Part shown: one piece after another, positions 52,829 through 64,000 of the stretch
How the letters are laid out: the number at the start of each line of letters is the position of its first letter
How positions within the stretch are numbered: the stretch's first letter is position 1
Assembly: GCA_030141605.1 (NCBI GenBank)
Contig: JAQGDQ010000181.1
Coordinates: 62,001 to 126,000, forward strand
DNA: 64,000 bases
DNA from: Tubiluchus corallicola
Taxonomy: Eukaryota > Animalia > Priapulida
Direction of reading: 5' to 3'
Made by a program: the position numbers and the translations under genes
Notes under the pieces: generated by a model
What the model was told of the DNA's origin: nothing
The model's database searches: none
What the model saw: only the letters and a program-made list of their open reading frames with translations

Positions 52829-54344
52829 TTAAAAGTTTATTTCCAGTCGATTGTTTACATAAAAACACGAGCCATAATGCTCTTTATCGACTATAATTAA
52901 ATTAAAAACCTATAAACCTATATAAATATTTGGCGAAATACACATTAGAATATAGTTATATAAAATGAACAGTCAAATTAGGCAATGGTGATAGGCTAAA
53001 TCTGATTTCATGTAAAAATTAATCATAAAACATCACTTAATTAGTAGCTACTGAGCTTACACAAATAAGTGATCAATCAAATTAGAGAGAAATATAAGGT
53101 TAAACACTGACTTCTACAAAACAATAAAACATACTTAACTACGGCATACAATATTTAATAAAGAAGTTTTATCATCCCACTTATTCAGTTCTTTCAAAAA
53201 ATCTTTTTTGATCTTTTTGCAAGTTTTCTTTTCCAAAAGCTACGGCTCCGAAACGTGGTTCTGTTTAACTTAAAGACTAGAATTTCTATTATCTTATAGT
53301 ATTGTTATCTCAGTATTATTAATGACGGATTATTACGTCACTATCTCATAACTCATTTGAGTAAAAATTGCAACAAATCATTTTGTTTTTCTCTGTTTAA
53401 TGCAGGCGTGCACATGCTGGTTTTTCATAACGATTTTTTCCACTAAAATCACGCTAAAATAAACCGATAATAACAATCCCGTATATAAACCACACAGTCA
53501 CATGTAAAGTGCTTTATGATCAATATATTAATGCTATTATGGTGGCCAATGTGTTACACCAGCAGCACAATTATCCTCTACCTTTATACTATCGATGTTT
53601 TCTTTACATTTACAACATTTCCCTTAATCCATTTCTTTACTCGAGAAATGTTTTGTGGCTTCGCTAACATCATGTAATGAGCATACCATTAACTTTGGCG
53701 TAGATGAAAATAATAATTTATTTCTCCGCAGTAATATATAGACAATCATTAAAAATACTACAAGAAATTATCGTGCGCTCTGTCGCTCTGAGAATACTAA
53801 ACAAGCGAAGTTGTGAGGCGAGTGACGACACAATAAACTTAACTTTGCGCCACATTTCATATTCTGATAGCCCACTGAGGCAGATAATTACGCGTACTCC
53901 TCGTAATTTCGAATTGAAGCAACAATTTGCAGAATCCAAAAATTTGTATATTAATGATTATTCAGTTGAGCAAGTGGAGATGCGGCCACGCAAATTTCTT
54001 GCGCCAAATTTGAACAATGATAATATGTCGCATTACTGAGTTGCGTTCCGTCTCCGTACGTGTCATTTTAACAAGTATACTTGTGAATTTATTTCAGCCT
54101 GTCCAAAATGTTGATGAGTCGGTTAGTTATTATCATGGCATTGCGGAGAGGCGGGGAAGAGATGTGGAATTAAATTTGATTTCAGTTAATTTGGCACTGG
54201 TAATGAGCATGTGATTTATTTAATTTAATGCCGGAATGAACACTGTTTGGTCACAGAAAATGTAATTACTTGTCGAAATTTGTATAACTGCGACTTACGT
54301 GGGCCTAATTGACAATATCTGAAATACATAGGTAAAAAACTTGG

Positions 54345-54886
54345 CAAGAAATTAGGTGTTAACATAAGATTCCGATTATTTAATGCATACGTTATTAGTA
54401 TATTTATGTACAACAATGAAACATGGGGTTTACTCAAAAACAAAATCGATTAATCAAAAAAGCAGATTGATACGTTACAAAGAAGTCTTCTAAGGAAAGT
54501 TTTAAAGATAAGATGACCGTACATAATCAAAAATAACGATTTATACACTAGAACGAAAGCAATTCCTTGGAGTTCAGAAGTCAAGTTCGGAAGACTAAGA
54601 TGGCTAGGACACCTTCTAAGATTACCAAGTGAAAAACCACTATAAGAATAACCTTAGAAGCCTTACATCCTTGCAAAAAAACCATCTGGCAACCCAAAAA
54701 CAACTTGGGTAGCTAAGATAAATAAAGATGTTCAACTTCAACCAAATCAAGCTTTAAGAGTAGAAGAGCTTACACTGTTAACTTCAAATAGGAGTGGATA
54801 AAATGCTCTAATATATATTAATGCCTACAATAGATGGAATGGGAGTTTGAACAAGAGAAAAGCGTTCCATACACATACACATACAC
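54345..54886 (+). mobile_element. Decayed 3' fragment of RTE/RTEX-type non-LTR retrotransposon
   Basis: Translates RLFNAYVISIFMYNNETWGL / IDTLQRSLLRKVLKIR*PYIIKNNDLYTRT...RLRWLGHLLRL / GNPKTTW, with a stop and frameshifts; (catacac)-like tail. Confidence 0.88.
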
Positions 54887-55189
54887 TTGTAAGACGCATT
54901 ACTATAAACGATTAACTGTATTAAGACGTATTAATAAATAAAATATAACTTGCCTTTGAGCAAAAATATGTGCATTTTTACGGAGGCCCAATATTAAGCT
55001 TGATTGCTAATTGGTAGAAATTTCATACTTAATAGGCTGCAAATTAAAGTCAAGCACAGAATTGTTTTCGCCTTAACTTCTTTGCTTAGAAAAGGCTTTA
55101 TTTATAGACAAGGCAAATCCACTCGGTGCCCAATATAGAAATGATTTTACATTTCTTAGCAAAAGTGACCTGCTAAATACACTTAACTT

Positions 55190-55350
55190 TTTGTGTCGTG
55201 AACTATATCTTTCTTGCTCTTTTATAAGAAAAACGATCTCTTAAATCTGTTTGTACTGTGAACTATATGTTTTTTGCTCTTTTAGAAGTAAACTAGTATA
55301 ACTATTTGTGCTGCGAACTATACTTACTTTGCTGTTTTACAAGTACACTT
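55190..55350. repeat. Diverged ~55-60 bp tandem repeat x3
   Basis: tttgt...gtgaactatat...ttgctctttta units. Confidence 0.75.
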
Positions 55351-58300
55351 GTATACATATTGTATGTTTGAATTACTATAGTTTTTCTTTCTGATGTTGT
55401 GCCGTAATATTTCTATCGACTTGCGTTTTTTCTTTTGTTGTAATTGTACTAAGTTAATGATCTGCTTCCTTATACTAATATGTACAATATTACATCAAAA
55501 TAAAAAGTATACATTAATGTGACGCAATAAGACTTATACCAACAAGTTGCAGTACGAAAAATAAAACGAATAATTGCCATCCATTAAGAATGATATTACA
55601 GCACTCGGGGCAATAAGCTAGTAAACAAAGAAAATTTTGAAGTCAGAATTACCGTGTGCATTTACCATAATAGGTGAGATAAAAGTATTAATCTCGCTTA
55701 GAGAATTGTAGAAATTCAGTAGAACAATAATAAATTACATTCTGTGCTAATATTAAAAACATAACGAACGTCTGCACACATACTGCTAACAGTTTATTAA
55801 CCAAATATTACTTTTATAGGCACCAAAATGGGATTTTGCTTTCCAAATATTACAAATGTCTCAGCCCGTCAAATGCATATGGATAGTAATGAATATAGTT
55901 AATGTAGGTAATTGTGAATATTTTAATATATTTGTAATACTAACTTTGCCCTTCAAGGACACTATGCTGCGAAAAGCAATGTTTTTAAATGTAATGCAGT
56001 TTTTACACTGCGACTAAACAGTCACTTAAGTACAAGCACACTTGACCCTCCTATGACACAGTATGACCCTCCTATGCGCTTATACTTGGCTTACGTGTAT
56101 TCTATTCTATTCATTCATTCATTTTTATTGTTTTATTCATTCAAGTGTCCATTTATTCAAATCCAATGGACTCAAATTGAACTCAACATGGTCATATGCA
56201 AGTAGAAAGTATTTATTAATTTTGAACACACGAATTTACTGATTTCAATCACGGATACAATGTTCAAATGACAGGAACTTTGACAGACCAACCCCAACTT
56301 GCACGTTTTAGCTCAACCAGATCACAAAAAAGTAATTTTCAACCAGGTAAATATTCATATTAAAAGGCAAGTAACTGGTGCAGTGTCACTAATCCTTCTT
56401 GGTGCCCCAATACGTGTATCGCCCTGTATACAGAGCTTCATGAGCAACTATATTACAAATAAAACACCATTAAGCAGAAAAACTGGGTTGAAAGAAATCT
56501 GCAATAATTACCAATGGAAAAAAACAGTTCAAAAACTTGCGACATTACACTAATATTGTAACTGTCAAGAAGCCTTGGAGTTATAGCTAGTTTTCACCGT
56601 ATCAAAAATATATTAAAACATTCATTATATACAGAAATTCGTTTCTTTGCGGCTAAAATCTAGAGCAATTTGGTAAGTTTTTAAACTGTTTTCTGAACTT
56701 TTCCCCATGATTATTAGTGCAACTTTCTACTGCATTGTAACGAATAGCGGCATGTTTCACAAAGGTCTAAGCATGGTGAAGCAATGTTGGACAGTGATAA
56801 AAAATAGTAAAAGCCAAGTATTTAAAAGAACAGCGCCTCCTTATACGGGTACCTCTAATTTTACCTTCACTGAGCACACATTCATTAGGAAACGGTTGAA
56901 TTTTCCCATGCTTGCCCTAAACACGTTTCTCTCTTAGCTAGAATTCTGATTATCAAGCGTAAAGTGAAGAATCTGATAATATTTTAATATTAACATTCCT
57001 GATTTTAAATGATAATAGCTTTCCCAGTCAAGCAACCACGCAGAAACTAATAAAAATGAAATTCATTTGGCTGATCCTTGCATACAATTAGAACATCTCT
57101 TCCTCTCTTTTTAATGAGTTGTCTCACCTTAACAATAGCATCTCATCATCCTGAGCAGAATTGATTAATCATCTCTGCTTCCCGATCAGGTATATTTGCA
57201 AAATTCGCAGGGAGAAAAATATTCACGGAAACTAATTAAGCGATGAATAATTAATTGTGCTAACGATTGTACTGCTAATTACAGTAGCCAATGTTATTAC
57301 TCCATAGCTGTTACAGAGGTGGTTTCAATACTCAAACTCACTGTTCCGTTTTAATATAATTTATATACCTGGTATAAATATTATCATTTAATGACAGCAT
57401 GTCATGGTGTGCTGACAATGCATAATAAAAAAGTTACAGGTTTGTGATCACCACAAAACACTTGTGTTCACCTTCTACACCAAAGACTCGAATTGACAAT
57501 TTTCGCTAAATGTTTGTACTTTGTAGACACTTGATCGTGTCATGTAAATCCTTTTCAGTTGATAATTTTATAAGATCTGTTATTGGGTAACGCCCAACAA
57601 GCAGTAACTCGCAAAAGCTCGCTTGCAAGATCTTCTTAATACCTGGCTTAATTAAGTATATCTGGTTTACTTTAATTAAGCAATCTCTTTGAATTTTAAA
57701 TGACGCAATCTTTTAAATAAAAGTATCTAAACCTGCACATGAAACGACGTGTATACAATAAACCTTGGTTAACTCCAGTAAAAGCTACTTTTGTGAGTAG
57801 TGAAACTACTAAAATTATTTAAACACAAGGGCCATATTTTAAACAGAAATATTCCAAAAATTCAAATGCTTACACTACAAAGAAAACAGATAAACAATAT
57901 ATCTTTATAAAAAGCAAAAAAAGAAGCGAATAAATGCATATGTAGGCTTAATGTAGCACGAAATACAAGGTAAGCCTAATACTCCATTAAAAGCATATAG
58001 GTTTTTTGCATAAGATGTGTGAAAAGCACTTCTTACATTACTGACGGTTGTAACAAGAAACGTACGTGTATTTTTAAAGAGGCTGAGAACTGACGGAACA
58101 ATAAGGATAATAACTAAGAATAAAGCTTGATAATTTGAAAACTTTAGAATCTGCTAGCAGTGACTTTGATTTGCATATTTTTGAAACTCTTCGATAAAAA
58201 AACGCCCAGCGCTTAATGATCAACTTTCTTCTCTGTCCCTGGAATAATTTTGAACTGGTCCTTATAGCTGCCCGTTTGCTGCAAAGGTTTCACTTATTGC

Positions 58301-61300
58301 CACACACAGGTATTAGTCAGAGAATAAATTGTGTTGGAGAGAATGAATGAATTTGGGAGTGCACTACACGATCTGTAACTTTACAATTTAGTAATTGTTT
58401 TGTTTGCTCTTTACAATGTGGATTTTTAAACCCCAACGTTAACTTATACATTACATTTTAAAACCATCTATATGTATTCACTTTCAAAACCAATAACACT
58501 TAAACAACGAATAATCTTATGGGGGAGCACAATTTTCATGTGGGTCGTGAGACTGCAGAGTTAATTTTAAAAAAAACAGTATTCATACTTACAAAACAAA
58601 CAACACACTATGTACATAACATCAAATAATAAACTTTCTTATAAATCTGCTTAGAATTTTGAGTAAATAGTCAGGCAACAGTTTAATCATTGTATGTAGC
58701 TAAACTTATTTTGGAAGGAACTAAGGTGTCACAATAATACCGTAATGCTAAGCAAGATTTAGCGACTTTTTTACAACTTTTGTCTGTGCAATTACTTTTT
58801 CATTCACTTCCTTCAATAAGGTACATGCAATTCTTATTTTCTGCATTTTATTTTACAACCCTCTGTCTGGTTATATATCAAAAGAATGTAACAAAGTTCA
58901 TTATTGTCAACCGTAAAACAACGATATTTCACCATTGTCCCTGTATCACATTTTGCTTCAGTAAACCAACATCATCAGCGTACAACAAATTACTCGATAT
59001 AATCTCCATTTTAAGTACGTATTTTCTTGGTTGATTCGCGCTTTAAATATTTCAGCATATCGTTGCATGCATTTCTGACCTGACATCGCAAAATAAATGT
59101 CATCTAGTACACAATGATAGAGATATAAATAATAGATAACCCATCGATTGGTTTTTTAGAGTTGAATTCGAGCATTATTCATTTGAGCAACATGTGACTA
59201 TGGAAATATTGATTCTTCTTATTCCATAAATTGGATTGTGGCTAATATTATAGTCCGCTTTACAATGCACGTGCGGGGATCATTTTATATTCGACCTTCA
59301 GCAATAATAATGATCGGTGGAGGCAGCACTGTCGCTACGTCATCGTTAAGATAATTAATTGATAAGTCGTTCACATAAAAAATTTAGTTGTTATCAGTCT
59401 GTTGTTCATTTTTATTATCAGTTCATCATTCCCATCAATGTTTCGTTTATTCGTTCCAATCAACCGCATTTACCACAACATTGCAGCTTTCACCGTCATC
59501 ATTTTCATCAGCACTATGATCAACCACTAACTCAAGCTACAATTTACCACACATGAGAGCAAAAAATGCATTACAATTGAATTATGATTTTTAATGTGTA
59601 CAAACTACAATTTTAATACTTTGAAGAGATAAGGTACACCTAAGTAAGAAGCATTTTTGAAACGTGTCTCTGCGTTTGCACAAAGGAAAAAAATATTATG
59701 CACCAATTTCACTTGAATCGCCTCTAATGTTAGATTAGATTAGATTACACTGAAAGAGCACCTATTAGTTTCCTTATTCTGTCCCTTCAACGTTAATTTA
59801 CGCTTCAATTTAATGCCACTTTTTTCAAAAATTAAAAGTTGTAAGTTTACTACGTGTAGCATCTTAAATTTTACACTATAACTTCATCTATCATTAAGCA
59901 AATGTGGTATCAGTGCCAAATGCACGTACAAAATGAAGATAACTAGCTGACTTAGGCCATAACAATGTTCTCTTGGTCTTAATCTTACTCGTGTTTTCTT
60001 GATTACCCCCATACTGCTTATCCTATCGAGAACATTTAGTTTAAAATTGTATAATTTAGATAAACCAAGATTTAGAAGGAGATATTTGTGCCTGTTATGA
60101 GTAAGTCGAGAGAGCTGACGAAATCTCAACTTATAATTTTCAACTTCATATGCCACCATTTAGAAAAGAAAAGAAAAAATTCTCTTCTTTTTTAAAATAG
60201 CTAGAGGAAGATCATGATCAAATCAAATCACCCCTCGGCGTAATGCAATTGCAGCCCTGTAATTTGTATCTTAAATTCCTAACAAACACTGCTCATTAAT
60301 CAAACGTTTATAATGATTCCCGCTCTCGCGCTGACAAACGCCATCTTTGTGTTTAATGATCGATTGTAAATCGCGCCTTCGATGAGGTTGGATATTAATT
60401 ACTCCAGCCGGCTCATTAGCGCATGCAGCGTCTGTCTCGACTCAAACAAACTGAACCAAACTGGATGAAAAACGCTCCTCGTGATAATACATTATATGTA
60501 AACTTAATTGCTTACGTCTCGAAAACCGTGCGTAACAAAAGGATGTTTAACCCAGTGGTGCCGATAATGGGGTACTTTGTACCCTCTAGCGCTCCCACAT
60601 CAGAGTTTAAATAATAGTATTGCATATGTAATAATAATAGTATTTAGCAATACTACATGTATTACTTAAACTGTGCCCATATGCGCATACATAGGAAGCA
60701 TATTCTCTTACTCAAAACTACAAGTTCTGAAACTTCGATGAAAAAAGAAAAATTATTATTAGATTTATTACTATATATATTTAAATATACTACTATATTA
60801 TTTATTTATTATTAGGCTTATTATAATTAACATTAGATAACAGCGTGCAAATCATAAAAACACAAAACTACTAATTTTATTTTGTTCTTAAAGCACTAGT
60901 AAAGCAGTGTTACTGTTATCTAGACAAAAATATGCTCACAAGAAATTCTTTTGTGCAGCAGAAATGTAATTTCTTAAAGAAACAAATAAACGCCGGGTCA
61001 TGATAGAGGTCAAAGGTCACCAAAAGGTCATCCGGTAAACAATGCCGGTGGGACGAGCGAAGCAAGGTAGCACAATGAAGCTAACAGTAAGTCGTTTTGC
61101 TGACTAGCACATTATGAACTAGGAGAGGAGGAAAAAATAAGGTGTCACAGATCCACCCACCCAGCGCCCCAAGTCTCACAGCTCATATATATCCTTGGTG
61201 GGACAGCTTTTTAACTGACACTCAACGACTTGGCCATCACGTGTACGCTGATGTTCAGCTGAAATAGTTAGGTCTAATGAAATGCTGAGAAAAGTAGCTG

Positions 61301-61691
61301 TAAAAACTCTCTAAAATTAGAGAAAAATATCTTAATTGAGTCTCAAATTTCCATTAAATTTTACTTGACCCAGGAAAACGTAAGTTAAACTCTCAGCAAT
61401 TCCAGCAGGCTTGCAACACCAAGTTTCGTTTTCGCAAAAATCTTATTTGCAGCAAGTTTCGACCGAAGAAAAAACAGCTTGGCCATTTTTAACTTTTACC
61501 AGCTTTTAACAGAGAGACAAAGAAACTAGCTGTTTCAAAAATTCCTTATACTTGAATGTAGTTTATCTATTCAGAGTATAAAATTGTAGTTTCTATGTAT
61601 TAAAAATCATTGTTTTGCAAAAAAACCAAAACAATTTCAATGTGTGATGTATTTTGGGCACTCCTGTGTGTTAAACTGTAGCCTGACAGTT

Positions 61692-61880
61692 CATGATGAT
61701 GGTGGTGAGGAAAATGATGATGATGATGATGATGATGAAACAGCTGATGTTTTGGCACTAGTGGTGATGGCAACGACGTGTGTTAATGATGGTGATGACG
61801 ACTTGAAGACTGCGATGTTGTGATAAATGCAGATTATAGGTACGAATAAAAGAAACAATGATGAAGGTGAATTGGTCAAG
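61692..61880. repeat. Degenerate (GAT/GGT)n repeat
   Basis: Direct reading. Confidence 0.8.
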
Positions 61881-62609
61881 ATGCTTTACCAAAGTGAACA
61901 CACCTTCATAACACCTGATCATCACTTTTTTATTGTAGAGCAGAATTTGACTAGGAAAATTATGAAATTACATTGAATTATAAACACGCGATTGGACAGC
62001 TGCCACAAATAGCAGTTAAAAGCTGCCTGTTACAAAACAGCAGTGATTAGGAATTCTTACGCTTCAATGAGTCACACTAAACTTCATCAAATACGAAGAG
62101 CAAAATTACTTATTTATGCGTCCAATATTTTCAAATATGCTTACAAAGAAAAGATGACAACCAGCAAATAGCTATACAAGCCGAGTAAACTAATGGCTGC
62201 GCATAATGTCAGATAATCCAGAATAATTTCTGATAAAAATCGAATAAGTTGATGCAGAGGCAGTCTTGTTATTTTTATGAAATGAAAATCATGATAAATG
62301 AGAATTGGAAAGTAATGGAGAATACACCCGCGCTACGCTTGCCACATAAACTTAAATTATTTATTATACGCTGTAACAAGTTATAATGTTCTATTTGCAT
62401 TATGAGAGCAATTTAATCAGAAAAAAGAGAAGCAAACACATGATCCCGATAAAAGATAATATAAACACACCCACTTCTGATAGTTTACAAAAAATTCTCT
62501 AGGGGCGTTCTAGTCGCAGTATGTAGTTTAGAAATTAATCTTATTAATTCCACGTTCCAAGCTAAATCCAAAAAACAACGTCTACTACTAAAACAGCAAA
62601 TGAATTCTT

Positions 62610-62830
62610 GTAAGTAAATAAATGAACAAAGTAACAAATAGATTAGCAAACTAGTAAATTAACTACAAAAATTAACAGAAAAAGTGAAAAAACGAACAAA
62701 CAAACAATTCATACAAACAAATGAATGAACAGATAAGGGTTTCATAGATTGAATATAAACGGGTAATTGAATAAACGAACAAATACACGTATGAGCGAAT
62801 GAATGAGTGAATGAATGAATGAATGAATAA
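62610..62830. repeat. Degenerate (AAAC/AATG)n repeat
   Basis: Direct reading. Confidence 0.8.
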
Positions 62831-63552
62831 AAACAAAGACAATGTCAAGGCAAAAACACCAATAAAACGTAAGTATTTCCAAAAAAGATAACCTACATAT
62901 TGATAGACTCAATACTAGAGAAAAAGGGGAGAGAACAATTATGTATCATAAAACCCTTCTAACACTTAGCGTGATTTACTTAGTAAAACGCTCAATGAGG
63001 ATAATAATTACAATAAACCTGCTTGCATGATATGTTTCACGAAAAACAAAATTCAATTGTGTGAAGTAAGGAACAAAGCCTACATTATTCCGCATTAACT
63101 GTTACATAAACAATAAACAATAGACAGATCACCCACGAAGTCAGATACAATGTAAATATGAATTATACAAAATTAATAGATCTAAATTGGTAAAGCAAAT
63201 TGGAAACAAATTATTATCAATTTCGCCACATCATTCAGTTTAGATTGGAAATACGCTGAAGTTAATTAGACGAACTCAGGCTTTGTTCGAACAAGTCTTA
63301 CTGATTTAATACAAAACCAATTTTCTATAATTCGGCATAAGTAATTATTATCATACTCCATTTTAGATTCAGCTGAATTGCCTGTAATTCTCGAAGCGGG
63401 TGGATTAAAAGTAATTCTTGTCAAAAAAGAAATGCTACTACATTAAAGTCATGTAATATGTGTAGAATTTTAACGATATATGGATATGTGAATACCTAAA
63501 TCTATTTGTACAAATATAGAGGTATATAGGCTATACCCGTATATATAACATT

Positions 63553-63800
63553 CAGGTAAAAAAGTCACAGAAAAAAAGCACAGGTAAAAACTCAAAGAAA
63601 AAAGGCACAGGGAAAAAGAAATAACCCTGACCCCTATCCCTAATCCTAACCAAAATTAACTGACTTTTTCCCGTAATTTCAATTACCGGTCATCTACTTA
63701 TAAACCTTATTTATAAAAATTTGTGTAATAGAAATGTGTTTTTTTTACCGTTTCCTTTCGTGATTTTTGTCTCAAATGAAGTAAACTTTTTTACGGTTTA
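63553..63800. mobile_element. Non-autonomous element with reiterated subterminal motifs and telomere-like core
   Basis: Left caggtaaaaaagtcacag-type repeats, central accctgacccctatccctaatcctaacc, right inverted tgactttttcc / ttttttacc motifs. Confidence 0.55.
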
Positions 63801-64000
63801 TATAAAAGTACACAAACTAAAGTCCCGGGCGTGATAAAATGTTCATATTTTTAAGCTTTTTTTATGCAGCTTATTATAAGGGAAACACTGACAGAAATCA
63901 TCATCAACAGATAATTAATTCTTTTCTCCAACTCACAACAGTAACGCCTTCATAGAAAGGACTCAGTGAAGAATAACTACAGTTTACAATAAGTTTTCCA

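Noticed and set aside
57127-57150. Possible minus-strand microexon (cag|GATGATGAGATGCTATTGTTAAG|gtgaga)
   Set aside because: No similarity to the CUX/CASP N-terminus, weak acceptor, and 23 nt is not frame-preserving.

Overview
AT-rich eukaryotic (invertebrate metazoan) genomic DNA lying entirely within one minus-strand, multi-exon gene, a cut/CUX-class homeobox gene of the fused CASP-CUX architecture. I traced 15 coding exons from 39022 to the stop codon at 741. All have canonical GT-AG boundaries and consistent phases (~1,420 codons). They encode the CASP-shared coiled-coil N-terminal region, three CUT repeats, a His50 homeodomain (WFHNHRMRLKQQ) and the conserved ...EEWEF terminus. The 5'-most exons were not found, so 39023-64000 appears to be a >25 kb intron. 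The introns hold microsatellites, minisatellites, a four-copy tRNA-derived SINE family, MITEs, an RTE-type LINE fragment, a probable solo LTR, Penelope-type hammerhead-like motifs and many CpG/TAAT-rich enhancer-like islands. The most striking non-coding signal is seven perfect ATCGAT (CUT-class binding) sites in 190 bp, next to RFX X-box-like motifs. This suggests an autoregulatory element inside the CUX gene itself. I found no prokaryotic-type system, CRISPR array or nested protein-coding gene. All motif and family assignments come from reading the sequence and from recalled family knowledge, not from database searches.
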